Below, one piece after another: positions 48,763 through 58,949 of a stretch of 64,000 bases of DNA (its first letter is position 1; every line of letters begins with the position of its first letter). The translations under genes and the position numbers were made by a program. Under the pieces are notes generated by a model, which saw nothing but the letters and a program-made list of their open reading frames with translations, was not told the DNA's origin and ran no database searches. The stretch is taken from contig CAYZYT010000012.1 in the NCBI GenBank assembly GCA_964482725.1, positions 1,310-65,309 of the forward strand, written 5' to 3'. The DNA is from an uncultured bacterium. GTDB lineage: Bacteria; Omnitrophota; Omnitrophia; Omnitrophales; Aquincolibacteriaceae.

Positions 48763-48941
48763 GCGGCTTTATGTTAAGGCCCTCAATGAGAGCGTGTTTA
48801 TTTGCGGCGGAAACTGGGGAAGCGAGGCAGGCGTCAAGCTTGGGGAAAGAAAAAACATCACTTATTCCGAGGCGGAACTCTAACGAACTCTAAAGGCCTG
48901 TCGAGAGCCTTCCCAAAGAACCTAAAAAACCGAACTTCCTA

Positions 48942-50597
48942 TTAGGCCGGTTTGTCCTTGTTCGCGTTTTCCAAAACTACCGTCTTCTCAGAACCTTTCA
49001 GACCCGGAGCGGCATCCGCTGCAGCCGTTTTTTTCTGGGGCTGATCGTCTTGTGACTGATCTTTCTTCCCGTCAACTTTGGCACCCACAGGCTGTCCCTG
49101 CGTGTCCACCGTAGTAACTGTTACAAAAAAGAGCGTCTCAACTTTGGCGTTTTCTGGCGCCGTCTGTCGTTTGGAACGGAATAATTTCCCCACCAAGGGA
49201 ATATCCCCCAAATAAGGCACTTTGTTTTCGGTCGAACCCGATTTGTCGGTCAAGAGCCCGCCGATGGCGATCGTTTGTCCGCTTTCGATCAACACTTGTG
49301 TTTTTGCTTTGGTCGAAACAAAAGTAGGCGCTTCAATCTGATTCGTGCCGAAACTTTGGTTAGGTCCGACGTCACTCACTTCAGGAGTAAGATCCACCAG
49401 GATCTCATCCGCAGAATTGATATGCGGCGTCACATTCAAAACCACTCCGGTATCCCGATATTTAAAACCTGTAACCTCCATACTCCCCGTCTGTTCGTTC
49501 CTCTCAAAACTAGGAACGGGTATTTCCTTACCCACCTGAATCGTCGCCGTCTGATTATTCAAGACAACAATCCGGGGATTGGAAACCACCTTCGCATCGG
49601 TCCGGGTTTCCAAAAGTTGCAACATCGCCCTGAAACTTGAGAAATCCAGCGTCCCGTAGGAGAATCCTCCACCCGATACTTCTGCCGGCGGCAACGGAAA
49701 GCCTCGAGTGTCCCCGGGATTCGGATCCGTCGTACTCACCGTCGTTGAGGAGACTCCCTCTATGACCTCGGCCCCCGCACCCAGAACAGGGAAAAAGTTC
49801 CGATAACTGTTCCCCGAACCCTGCATAAACGGAAAGGATGTCGGCCTCGAGGCCCCTTTGGTAAGCCCCCCGGCAACATTCCAATCAATGCCAAGATTTT
49901 CCAAACTGGAAAGGTCTGTCCTGACGATCTTGGAATCGATAAAAGCTTGAGTTGTCTCTTTGTCGAGCTTTTTGATCACTTCTCCGATCCGATAAAGATT
50001 GGTCGGAATGTCGGTCACGACAAGCATATTGGTTCGCTCCGAAGATTTCACCTTGCCGCGCTCACTCATCATATCCATGATCGAGGCCTGGATCTCTTTG
50101 GCCTTGGAATAATTCAGGATAAAGGTCTTGGTCTCGACCGGCTCAAGTTTCATCTGGTCACGCGATGTCACACGAATGATGTTCCCATCACGTTCGAAAA
50201 CATAGTTGTAGGTTCTCAAGATCACATCGAGCGCTTTTTCCCAGGGGACATTATCCAAGCGCACGGTCACAAGGCCATTCACTTCCGGACCGGTCACGAT
50301 GTTGACATTACTTTTCATGCTCAGCACGCGGAGCACGCTCGTGATCTCCGCGTCCTTAAAATCCAAGCTGATCGTGTCATCCCCGGCCCCTGGCGCAGAC
50401 GGTACGACCCCAGTCACCGCAGGACTAGTCTGGGCAACCGCCGCCAAAGACTCTGGAGTGGGTTCAGAGCTGGAAGTCTTCTGTGCTGATGCGGACGTGA
50501 CGGGGTCTGCGGCAGAGACAACACCCGTCCCGCTCAAAAGACACAGCGTGACCACCCAGAGAATAAACTTGCAGGAGGATCGTTTCATAAAGTCCAT
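48942..50597 (-). CDS. pilQ: Type IV pilus secretin
   Basis: ISLDFKDA STN domain, SNPRIVVLNNQTATI, GVVLNVTP and KVPYLGDIPLVGKLF motifs; follows pilMNOP. Confidence 0.88.
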   Translation of the reverse strand: MDFMKRSSCKFILWVVTLCLLSGTGVVSAADPVTSASAQKTSSSEPTPESLAAVAQTSPAVTGVVPSAPGAGDDTISLDFKDAEITSVLRVLSMKSNVNIVTGPEVNGLVTVRLDNVPWEKALDVILRTYNYVFERDGNIIRVTSRDQMKLEPVETKTFILNYSKAKEIQASIMDMMSERGKVKSSERTNMLVVTDIPTNLYRIGEVIKKLDKETTQAFIDSKIVRTDLSSLENLGIDWNVAGGLTKGASRPTSFPFMQGSGNSYRNFFPVLGAGAEVIEGVSSTTVSTTDPNPGDTRGFPLPPAEVSGGGFSYGTLDFSSFRAMLQLLETRTDAKVVSNPRIVVLNNQTATIQVGKEIPVPSFERNEQTGSMEVTGFKYRDTGVVLNVTPHINSADEILVDLTPEVSDVGPNQSFGTNQIEAPTFVSTKAKTQVLIESGQTIAIGGLLTDKSGSTENKVPYLGDIPLVGKLFRSKRQTAPENAKVETLFFVTVTTVDTQGQPVGAKVDGKKDQSQDDQPQKKTAAADAAPGLKGSEKTVVLENANKDKPA

Positions 50598-50612
50598 TGG
50601 AGCCGTATCATA

Positions 50613-50978
50613 TCACAAAACCTTTATTTTTTCCTCTTCCCTTATCCAAAGCGTCTTTTCTTCTCCAGCCACCGAGATCACGACATGATCTTTAAGGATC
50701 TTCACAACCGTCGCATCCCCCACGGCCTCACCCTTCAGATAAGTTTTTCCGTTGAGAATGGCCATCGATCTCTCTCCGGGGTCATAGATGATCCCCTCGA
50801 GCTTGACCCCCGAGGACCCCCCCGACATAGAAACATTTTCCTCCCCGGTAAGCGGCACAAAGGGATCCCGCCTTTTCCCGGAATCATAGACGATCTCTGA
50901 CGCGGCGAACGAACTCGACACTAAGATCAGCAACAGCACCCCGACGACCACGGGCTGGAACTTTTTATTTCTTAGCAT
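50613..50978 (-). CDS. PilP-like pilus assembly protein
   Basis: RRDPFVPL and LEGII motifs; located between pilO and pilQ. Confidence 0.65.
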   Translation of the reverse strand: MLRNKKFQPVVVGVLLLILVSSSFAASEIVYDSGKRRDPFVPLTGEENVSMSGGSSGVKLEGIIYDPGERSMAILNGKTYLKGEAVGDATVVKILKDHVVISVAGEEKTLWIREEEKIKVL

Positions 50979-51612
50979 TTTTCGCCTTTGCTTTCTTCGC
51001 GGGCGCCGCAGCCTGCGGCGGAGCCTTCAAAATCGCCCAAAGCTTCAGCTCTGCAACTTCCCGGGCTGACGCTATTTCCGCGGGAACGATCGACAAACTT
51101 TGTATCCTCAAAAGCTTCCCGTGACCTTCAATGCGGCTCGCCAGAAGGCCCAAATCATGATACTCCCCCTGCACGGTAAATTCATAGCCACTCGGCTGAT
51201 ACTTCAAATTGTAGGGCGCTGGAAAAACGGCCTTTTCGGTCAGGGGCTTCGAGGCCAACATATCCACGCGCGACTCACTCGCCATCTTTGAAATCTGCCC
51301 CAGCAAAAGGCCCATACTCTCTTCTGTAAAAACGCGCTTCTCGGCGTCCTCGATCAGCGCACCAAAAATTTTTTGTTTTTCTTCCCAGCCCTGTCGCTTC
51401 TGACTCAGGGCCTTGACCTGGCGGATCTGGGCTTCCATGCTCTGGATATCACGCCGCAGTAAAGGGCGTTCGATCCACGCCGGAATGACCAGGAAAATAA
51501 CAACCCCCAGAAAACCCACCCCCGCGAACAGGAGAGTCACCCAGGTTTTTTTATCGACACTTTTCGCGAATGCTATAACATCGGCGAAAGTCCATTGTTT
51601 GAGTGGTTTCAT
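50965..51612 (-). CDS. pilO: Type IV pilus assembly protein PilO
   Basis: TM helix, coiled coil and GEYHDLG ferredoxin-like fold; gene order. Confidence 0.75.
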   Translation of the reverse strand: MKPLKQWTFADVIAFAKSVDKKTWVTLLFAGVGFLGVVIFLVIPAWIERPLLRRDIQSMEAQIRQVKALSQKRQGWEEKQKIFGALIEDAEKRVFTEESMGLLLGQISKMASESRVDMLASKPLTEKAVFPAPYNLKYQPSGYEFTVQGEYHDLGLLASRIEGHGKLLRIQSLSIVPAEIASAREVAELKLWAILKAPPQAAAPAKKAKAKNAKK

Positions 51613-52187
51613 GGCTTGGGGGTCACTCCCCATTCAAGCTGGGCGACAAAAGCGGTCCCCCCTGTCTTTCCTTTGACTTCCTTGGAAGTGGTCAGCGCCA
51701 CCGAAGTTTGAGACGGCAGGGTTGCTTTCATTTTCTGAAAATATTCCTCGATCTGCTCAATGCCGGTCTGCGTGCGGGACGCCAACACCACCCCCTTCAA
51801 GATCAAACGGCATCCGGCTCCTTCCCTCTCGGCTTTGAGTTCCGTGAGCCATCCCTTCGGCGGCAGGAATTCACTCACCCTGTAAAGTATCTGAGTCATC
51901 GATTCTGTATTGAGCACGTTCTTTTCCAAAAAATCCTTTTCGCCCGTCATTTCAACTTCGATCTTGGTCTCCAGGGCCTTCAGCTGTGCCATGGAAGGAT
52001 TCAAATTCGACCATTCCTTCTGCACTCGCGTGTAAGCGGAACGGGCTCTAAGGTAGTCCCCATAGAAAAAAAACGTCATCAGAAGGAAAAGGACCCCGGC
52101 CAGAATCGCCAGGGGAATATACGGAATGCGCATCGCATTCGCTTTTTCTTTTCGGAGTTCCGGGGGCAAGAGATTGATCTTGATCAT
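51609..52187 (-). CDS. pilN: Type IV pilus assembly protein PilN
   Basis: N-terminal INLLP motif, TM helix and coiled coil. Confidence 0.85.
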   Translation of the reverse strand: MIKINLLPPELRKEKANAMRIPYIPLAILAGVLFLLMTFFFYGDYLRARSAYTRVQKEWSNLNPSMAQLKALETKIEVEMTGEKDFLEKNVLNTESMTQILYRVSEFLPPKGWLTELKAEREGAGCRLILKGVVLASRTQTGIEQIEEYFQKMKATLPSQTSVALTTSKEVKGKTGGTAFVAQLEWGVTPKP

Positions 52188-53281
52188 TCTTCGCGAAGCC
52201 CCAAACCCATCGCCACGGGCAAGAGCGCCCCATTATTCCCAAGAAGCTCAGGATCCACGCCAGGGGCCCATTTTAACTTCGGCAGGATGTCCATGGTCAA
52301 CACAGGGATCTGTAATCCTTCGCTCAGCGCCTTCAGGACCACGGGGTGAGACACCCCGCCGCTCAAGAAAAGCTTGTTGATCGGCTTCGATTGTCCCGAT
52401 TGATCATGGTAGTAGTCAAAGGAAACGCGAAGATCCCCAACCAATCCTTCAAGGCTTTCGGTGATCGCTTGCGTCTCCTCAGGCGTCGGAATTTCATTCT
52501 TTTCGAAAATTTTTTCGATCTTTTCATCGAGAAGGTTGGAACGGGTCTTCAGCCTTTTGCGAAGATCGATAGTCCCGTAAGAAATATCACGCACAAAACG
52601 AGGCTTGCCCTCGCGCACGATCCCCAGGGTCGAGATCTCGGTCCCGAGGTCTAAAAGACCCGCATGCCCCGAAAAATCTTCGGGATGGAAATATTCCAAC
52701 GCGGCCATCGCTGAAAGGATGCTGACATCCACCACCGCCACACGGCATTCCAGATTACGAAAGATCTCAAGCATGGGCTCCAGTTCCTGGCGCTTGATGA
52801 CGGTAAGCATCACTTCCATCTTTTCGCCATCCTCGGTCTTAAGGCTTTCCTCCACCACTCCGAAATCGAGCACCACGTCGCTCAGTTCAAACGGGATGTA
52901 TTGTTCGGCCTCGTATTTCATGGCACTCCTAAGATCTTCGATCTGCATCTTGGGAAAACGGACGAAACGGATCACAACCCCGTGTCCTTTGAGAGCCACG
53001 CGAACCCCGTCCTTCTGGAACTTTTTTCCATCCAGGAACGGTTTTAAAACCAAGGAAGGCTTCTGATCCGGGGAAGCATTCGTGATGATATCCAGATGAT
53101 GGATATAAAGATGGTCGGAACGCTTTTCAAGCTCCAGAAGCACCGTCCGCGAGAGGCCAAGATCACACACGGTGACTTTGGAAGCGACTGTTTTTTTCGG
53201 CAAGATCCCCGATAAAAAATTGCCCCAAAGACGGGAGAACGGCTCAATGATCGAAAAAGGCTTGCCAGGATCGTTATTCAT
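52184..53281 (-). CDS. pilM: Type IV pilus assembly protein PilM
   Basis: EAEQYIPF, LLDLG, SFDYY, LSGG and AMGLGLR actin-like motifs. Confidence 0.9.
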   Translation of the reverse strand: MNNDPGKPFSIIEPFSRLWGNFLSGILPKKTVASKVTVCDLGLSRTVLLELEKRSDHLYIHHLDIITNASPDQKPSLVLKPFLDGKKFQKDGVRVALKGHGVVIRFVRFPKMQIEDLRSAMKYEAEQYIPFELSDVVLDFGVVEESLKTEDGEKMEVMLTVIKRQELEPMLEIFRNLECRVAVVDVSILSAMAALEYFHPEDFSGHAGLLDLGTEISTLGIVREGKPRFVRDISYGTIDLRKRLKTRSNLLDEKIEKIFEKNEIPTPEETQAITESLEGLVGDLRVSFDYYHDQSGQSKPINKLFLSGGVSHPVVLKALSEGLQIPVLTMDILPKLKWAPGVDPELLGNNGALLPVAMGLGLREE

Positions 53282-53366
53282 AAGTGAGACATTAGCAGAA
53301 AATCTTTAAGAAAAACAGTCCGAATTCCTCAATGCCTATCAATTTCAACAAGTTTAAAATTGGGCG

Positions 53367-53495
53367 GTCCCAATTCCTTTCAATCGAAGCAAAGCTGAGA
53401 TTGGGGCTGCCCTGGCTACCATTCAAAAAAAGAAGGGTAAAGTCAGGGCTGTCCCAATTCCTTTCAATCGAAGCAAAGCTGAGATTGGGGCTGCC
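53367..53495. repeat. Two identical 45-bp direct repeats with a 39-bp spacer
   Basis: gtcccaattcctttcaatcgaagcaaagctgagattggggctgcc at 53367-53411 and 53451-53495. Confidence 0.9.
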
Positions 53496-53533
53496 AAAAA
53501 AAAACCCACCCTGCCTTTTACGGCAGGGTGGGC
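53496..53533 (-). terminator. Intrinsic terminator after the pilin gene
   Basis: cccaccctgcc/ggcagggtggg stem followed by a 9-nt T-tract on the minus strand. Confidence 0.85.
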
Positions 53534-53563
53534 GAGAAAACACAACTTCTCGTTCCTTATCGA

Positions 53564-54055
53564 TCAACCACCAATGGCCGCGCCACCCGTGCAACCGGCA
53601 CCGAGCGCTTGAGCCGTCGGCATCGACCCGTCAGTAGCTTTCCCATAAACGACACCCGCCTGGTCAATACAATAGTCGTTTTCAGAAGCTGACGTATGGG
53701 TCGCTAGCAAGGAATACGTACTCCGGTCAGCAGCAGCCGCTGGCGCAAGGTATTCCATGGTGAACCCATGCTTGATTCCGCCCTCTACCCACGAAGAGTC
53801 AAGATACGAGGGAGCATTCGCAGTCGCGGTCAACACAGCTATGGTCGCCGGATAAGCCGGAGGATTCTGTGCTGCGCGATAACTCTCAGCAGCTGAACTG
53901 AACGTCCTCAGATCCGACTTGACAGCACCTTCATTGGCGTTAATACGCGCACGCAGCAGATTGGGAATGGCGATAGCAGCCAAGAGCCCGATGATCGCAA
54001 CAACGATCATGATCTCCACAAGCGTGAAACCTTTTTTATTCAATTTGATAAACAT
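53564..54055 (-). CDS. pilA: Type IV major pilin
   Basis: KKG|FTLVEIMIVVAIIGLLAAIAIP class III signal, C-terminal Cys pair, strong RBS and its own terminator. Confidence 0.88.
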   Translation of the reverse strand: MFIKLNKKGFTLVEIMIVVAIIGLLAAIAIPNLLRARINANEGAVKSDLRTFSSAAESYRAAQNPPAYPATIAVLTATANAPSYLDSSWVEGGIKHGFTMEYLAPAAAADRSTYSLLATHTSASENDYCIDQAGVVYGKATDGSMPTAQALGAGCTGGAAIGG

Positions 54056-54246
54056 GTTATTCCTCCTGTTTCTATGTTCGCCACTGCCTACTATCAGTTT
54101 AAACTACTTCCAATGATACGACAATACCCTTGATAACTAAACTAGTTTTTTTGTTATTCGAGCTATATATCTCATAACTTTAACAAACATTGGTGAGAAG
54201 CAGGATGTCGATTCCATGAGATTCTCTCTGAAAAAAGGCCGCTTTT

Positions 54247-55485
54247 CTATTTGATGGCCTGCGTCAGGGTCAGAATGGGGAGAAACAGAGCGATCACAAT
54301 TCCACCGATCACGATCCCCAAAAAACCAACAATAAGAGGCTCGATAAGGGAGGTAAGTCCGGAAACAGCCGTGTCCACCTGTGTGTCATAAAAATCCGCG
54401 ATCTTTGTGAGCATCGCTTCCAGCTCCCCGGTCTGCTCCCCGATCGCGATCATGCGAACCACCATGGAGGGAAAAACACCGCTCCTCTCGAGCGGACTGG
54501 AGAGACTTTCCCCACGCGTCACGGACACCATAAGGTCCGTGATGACTTTCTCGATGCGGGCATTGCCGGAGGTTTTTGAAACGATCTCCAACGCGGCGAG
54601 GATCGCCACGCCGCTACGCACGAGAGTCGAAAGCGTGCGCGCAAACTTACTGACCGCTACTTTCAAAATGATCGGACCAAAGATAGGCATGCGGAGCGTG
54701 AAGGTATCCCAAGGCAACCGCCCCACCGGAGTGCTGATAAATTTCCGAAAAACAAAGATACTCCCGCCCAGGACGGCGAGGATCCACCACCAGTGCGCCG
54801 CAAGATAATTGCTGACAGCGATCAGGATCCGGGTCGGCGCAGGCAGCTCCGCCCCCAGGCCTTGAAAGATCGTCGCGAATTGCGGAATCACGAAGGCAAG
54901 CATAAAGAATGTGATCCCGAAAGCCATGATCGACACGGCCATCGGATACATCACCGCGGCCTTCACCTTTTTTTGAAGCGCGCTGGACTTTTCAAAATAA
55001 TGGGCCACGCGGTCCAGGATCTCCTGCAACTTCCCGCTCATCTCCCCCGCGCGAACCATGTGAATAAAAAGCGCAGAAAAAACCTTGGGGTGCACCTGCA
55101 TGGCCTCAGAGAAACTCTTGCCGGTTTGCACGTCGCTATGCATCTGCCGGAGGGTCTGCCGGAATTTTTCTTTTTCCATTTGATCGGCCAAAATATCTAG
55201 GGCTTGGATTAAAGGGATCCCCGCCGCGACCAGCGTGGCCATCTGTCGTGAAAAAATCACGAGATCGTCCAGTTTGATCCTCCCGGATTTCCCGGGCTTG
55301 CCAGTCGCGGACGCTTTCTGAACGCTGAGCATGGAAGGGTTTTTCTTTTTCACTTCCTCCACGCGAACAACAAGATAGCCCTTCGTCTTCAGCTGGCGAA
55401 CAAGCTCCTGCGCGTCTTTGGCATCCTGAACGCCTTTGAGATCTTTCCCGGCTTTGTCTTTAACCCAGTATTCGAATGATGCCAT
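54247..55485 (-). CDS. pilC: Type IV pilus platform protein (PilC/GspF)
   Basis: FSRQMATLV, AGEMSGKL, MYP and GEQTGEL motifs. Confidence 0.93.
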   Translation of the reverse strand: MASFEYWVKDKAGKDLKGVQDAKDAQELVRQLKTKGYLVVRVEEVKKKNPSMLSVQKASATGKPGKSGRIKLDDLVIFSRQMATLVAAGIPLIQALDILADQMEKEKFRQTLRQMHSDVQTGKSFSEAMQVHPKVFSALFIHMVRAGEMSGKLQEILDRVAHYFEKSSALQKKVKAAVMYPMAVSIMAFGITFFMLAFVIPQFATIFQGLGAELPAPTRILIAVSNYLAAHWWWILAVLGGSIFVFRKFISTPVGRLPWDTFTLRMPIFGPIILKVAVSKFARTLSTLVRSGVAILAALEIVSKTSGNARIEKVITDLMVSVTRGESLSSPLERSGVFPSMVVRMIAIGEQTGELEAMLTKIADFYDTQVDTAVSGLTSLIEPLIVGFLGIVIGGIVIALFLPILTLTQAIK

Positions 55486-55488
55486 AGC

Positions 55489-57183
55489 TCAATCCTCACT
55501 TGAAACGCGAAGCACTTCCTCAAGCGTGGTCACCCCGGATTTAAAAAGACCCAGGGCGTTCACAAAAAGCGTTTCCATTCCTTTTTCAACGGCAATCCGA
55601 TGAATAACATTACTCGCTTTTTTTTGGATCACAAGCTCCCGGATATCCGGATCAACGAGCAACACCTCACTGGCACCGGTCCTGCCGAAATAGCCCGTCA
55701 TATTGCATTTGCTGCAACCCCTCCCGCGGAACGGCGTGAACTTATCAAGCTCGGACTTTGAAAGCTTACAGCGGATGAGCACTTCCGGGGGAATGACGGT
55801 CGCCTCCCTGCAGTTCGGACATATCTTCCGGAGCAAACGCTGAGCCCCGACGCACACGACCGACGAGGCGATCAAAAAGGGCTCGACGCCCATGTCCATC
55901 AGACGCGTCATGGCGCCCGCGGCGCTGTTTGTATGCAGCGTGCTGAACACCAGATGGCCCGTCAGAGCCGCTTTTACGGCGATATCCGCGGTCTCTGAGT
56001 CGCGGATCTCTCCCACTAAAACAATATCCGGACTTTGGCGCAGAAGCGCACGCAGACCGCTCGCGAAGGTAAGTCCGATCTCCGGTTGGACCTGCGTCTG
56101 CGTGATCCCTTCGACCTGATATTCGACAGGATCTTCCACGGTCATCAGATTTTTTTGCGGCGTGTTGAGCGAGTTCAGGATCGAGTAAAGGGTCGTGGAT
56201 TTTCCACTGCCCGTCGGCCCGGTCACGAGAATCAGACCGTAGGGCTTCTTGATCGCCTCAGCAAGAGCGCGGGTCGGTTTTTCCGTGAAGCCAAGTTTGT
56301 CGAGCCCCGCCTTGATCCCGCTCCGGTCCAGAACGCGCAACACGATCTTCTCACCAAAGTAGGTCGGAAGCACGGAAACACGGAAATCGATCTGCCGGTC
56401 TTTCAACGATAAACGGAAGCGCCCGTCCTGAGGCAACCGCCTTTCGGTAATATCCAGAAGCGAAATGATCTTGGTGCGTGCCACAAGAGCCGGGTAAAGC
56501 TCCAGCGAGTGAGAAAAAGATTCCGATAAGGCTCCGTCAACGCGATACCGGATCCGGAACTCTTTTTCATAGGGTTCGAAATGAATATCGGAGGCACGTG
56601 ATTTAAGCGCCTTCTCGAGAATAAAATTGACCATTTTGATGACCGGAGCGGTATCCGCCACGACCTGCGCCCCGGACGGCGAGCCCCCGTCATTCCATCC
56701 CTCCACCTCCAGGCCGGGGGTATCTTTTCCCGCGAGAAACTCAGCGAAGTTCCTGGTTTCCGCGTAATGATCGCCCACGGCAGCGGTAATCCGGCTGGGA
56801 GACACCAGCACCAGATTGACCCCGCATCCTGTCATATTCTTGATCTCATCGAGAATCCTCAGCTTGAACGGATCGCTCGTCGCCACCGTCAGAAGCTTCC
56901 CGATGCGCCCCACCGGGAAAACCTGATGCTGCTCGATGAATTTCCTCGGGAACATCTTCAGGATTTCATCCTCAAACTGCATCGCCTGAAGATTCAGGAT
57001 GGGGATCTCAAGCTGGACGCTTAAAAAATCCACAACCTCTTCTTCCGGCAAAAGTTTTTCTTCCAAGATCAGCTTAAAAACACTTTCGTTGCGCCGTTGC
57101 GCGGCCATTTCCAGACGGTCGCACTCTCCGGGGACAAGCCCCATTTTCCTCATCCACTCCTGAGCGATCTTCGTGTCGATCAT
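55489..57183 (-). CDS. PilB/GspE-family assembly ATPase, paralogue 2
   Basis: ASDIHFEP, GPTGSGKST, EDPVE and TGHLVFSTLHTN motifs plus a Cys4 motif; start set at MIDTK. Confidence 0.93.
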   Translation of the reverse strand: MIDTKIAQEWMRKMGLVPGECDRLEMAAQRRNESVFKLILEEKLLPEEEVVDFLSVQLEIPILNLQAMQFEDEILKMFPRKFIEQHQVFPVGRIGKLLTVATSDPFKLRILDEIKNMTGCGVNLVLVSPSRITAAVGDHYAETRNFAEFLAGKDTPGLEVEGWNDGGSPSGAQVVADTAPVIKMVNFILEKALKSRASDIHFEPYEKEFRIRYRVDGALSESFSHSLELYPALVARTKIISLLDITERRLPQDGRFRLSLKDRQIDFRVSVLPTYFGEKIVLRVLDRSGIKAGLDKLGFTEKPTRALAEAIKKPYGLILVTGPTGSGKSTTLYSILNSLNTPQKNLMTVEDPVEYQVEGITQTQVQPEIGLTFASGLRALLRQSPDIVLVGEIRDSETADIAVKAALTGHLVFSTLHTNSAAGAMTRLMDMGVEPFLIASSVVCVGAQRLLRKICPNCREATVIPPEVLIRCKLSKSELDKFTPFRGRGCSKCNMTGYFGRTGASEVLLVDPDIRELVIQKKASNVIHRIAVEKGMETLFVNALGLFKSGVTTLEEVLRVSSED

Positions 57184-58949
57184 GGACCACCCCCCGAGGA
57201 CTTCGCCCGGGCATCCGCCACCGTGACGCGGAAAACTTCCTCGATTGAAGTTTCGCCCGCAAGGGCCTTCTGGATCGCTGATTCGCGGAGTGTGTTCATT
57301 CCATGCTTGCGGGCACTTTCTTTGATCAGGTCCGGAGACACGCCCTGCATGATCATATCCAGAATGTCCGGTTTCATTTCCAGGATCTCGGTGATCACGC
57401 TCCGCCCTTGATAGCCCATCTGACGGCACTGCGAGCAGCCCTTGGCTTTCCAAAGCTGTACCTTTTTTTGCGGATCAAAATCCAGTAATTGATACAAACT
57501 CGGCTCAGGATCGTAGGCCACGCGACAACGCGTGCAGAGCCGGCGCACCAGGCGCTGGGCCGAGATCATCAACACGGTCGACGCGATCAAAAAAGGCTCA
57601 AGCCCAAGATTCGCCATCCGGGTGACAGAACTCACCGCATCGTTCGTGTGAAGCGTACTGAGAACGAGATGCCCCGTCAGCGCCGCCTTCACGGCGATAT
57701 CGAGCGTCTCCGCGTCGCGGATCTCCCCGATCAGGACAATGTCAGGGTCTTGGCGCAGGATCGAACGAAGCGCCGCGGGAAATGTCAAGCCTATGGACTC
57801 GCGGACATTGACCTGATTGATCCCGGCAATCTGGTATTCCACGGGATCCTCGACGGTCGTGATATTCACCTTCGGCGAATCCAGGTATTTGAGGATCGAA
57901 TACAGCGTGGTCGTTTTTCCGCTCCCGGTCGGCCCGGTCACAAGGATCATCCCGTGCGGTTTCTTGGCACAAGCACGGATCACATTCTGCTCGGAAGTCG
58001 TGAATCCGAGTCTTTGAATATCATGGGACTGCGCCCCGGTATCCAAAATGCGCAAACAAACTTTCTCACCGAAACTGGACGGCAAGATGGAAACGCGCAC
58101 ATCCACTTCGCGTCCCTGAGTCTTCACCTTGAAACGGCCGTCCTGGGGAACGCGGTGTTCCGCGATATTGAGCTGACTCATGATTTTGATACGTGAAACA
58201 ATGGCAGCGCCGAAACTCTTCTGCGGCTTGACGAGCTCCTCCAGGATTCCGTCGAGACGCATTCGGATCCGAACAAAACCTTCCCAGGGTTCAATAAAGA
58301 TGTCACTGGCATGACGGCGTACTCCCTCGACGAGCACCATATTCACAAGCTTCACGACCGGGGCCTGATTGGCCTGCTCCATGAGGTCCGCGGCCTGCTG
58401 CGGCCTAACAAGGGTTGCTTCGCTGTCCACAAGATTGGCAAGATTGACAAGGTCGTCGGAGCCCTCTTCTGAAGCAAATTCGGGCGGGGTCCCGGCATCT
58501 CCCTGATAGGATTTCTGAATACATGCCTTGATCTCGGAATATTCCGCCACCAAAACATCGAGGCGCTTCCCGGTGAACGACTTAAGTTCGTCCTGGGCCT
58601 TGAGATTGACGGGATTTGCGAAAGCGATCGTTAAAGTATTTTCGAGCAAGGAGAGCGGAAGACACCCATGGAGTTCCGCGATCTTCTGGGGGACGAGCTT
58701 CAGAACGTTTTTGTCAATGAGGATCGTTTTAGGACTGCCACGTCGGTAGGCGTATTCCTCGCAGAGGACCGTCACAAGTTTTTTTTCATCGCACTTTCCG
58801 GCCTGAAGAAGCCTATCCAAAAAATGAAGTTTCTTCGGGCCCTTGTCCTGCTCCTGGAGCGCCTGCCGGAGGTCCTCCGGGCTGACAGCTCCGGCACGGA
58901 GAAGCGAGTCCTTCAGATCCGTCGATGAACTTGACTTGGGCTCGGTCAT
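57180..58949 (-). CDS. PilB/GspE-family assembly ATPase, paralogue 1
   Basis: ASDIFIEP, GPTGSGKTT, LRQDPD and TGHLVLSTLHTN motifs. Confidence 0.93.
   Translation of the reverse strand: MTEPKSSSSTDLKDSLLRAGAVSPEDLRQALQEQDKGPKKLHFLDRLLQAGKCDEKKLVTVLCEEYAYRRGSPKTILIDKNVLKLVPQKIAELHGCLPLSLLENTLTIAFANPVNLKAQDELKSFTGKRLDVLVAEYSEIKACIQKSYQGDAGTPPEFASEEGSDDLVNLANLVDSEATLVRPQQAADLMEQANQAPVVKLVNMVLVEGVRRHASDIFIEPWEGFVRIRMRLDGILEELVKPQKSFGAAIVSRIKIMSQLNIAEHRVPQDGRFKVKTQGREVDVRVSILPSSFGEKVCLRILDTGAQSHDIQRLGFTTSEQNVIRACAKKPHGMILVTGPTGSGKTTTLYSILKYLDSPKVNITTVEDPVEYQIAGINQVNVRESIGLTFPAALRSILRQDPDIVLIGEIRDAETLDIAVKAALTGHLVLSTLHTNDAVSSVTRMANLGLEPFLIASTVLMISAQRLVRRLCTRCRVAYDPEPSLYQLLDFDPQKKVQLWKAKGCSQCRQMGYQGRSVITEILEMKPDILDMIMQGVSPDLIKESARKHGMNTLRESAIQKALAGETSIEEVFRVTVADARAKSSGGGP

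Noticed and set aside
53367-53495. CRISPR array
   Set aside because: Only two repeats, no leader or cas genes in the window, and REP-like ends; kept as a repeat only.
57184-57453. N-terminal extension of the 654-aa PilB ORF
   Set aside because: It overlaps the upstream PilB in another frame; the ATG at 57183 overlapping the upstream stop codon is the more plausible start.
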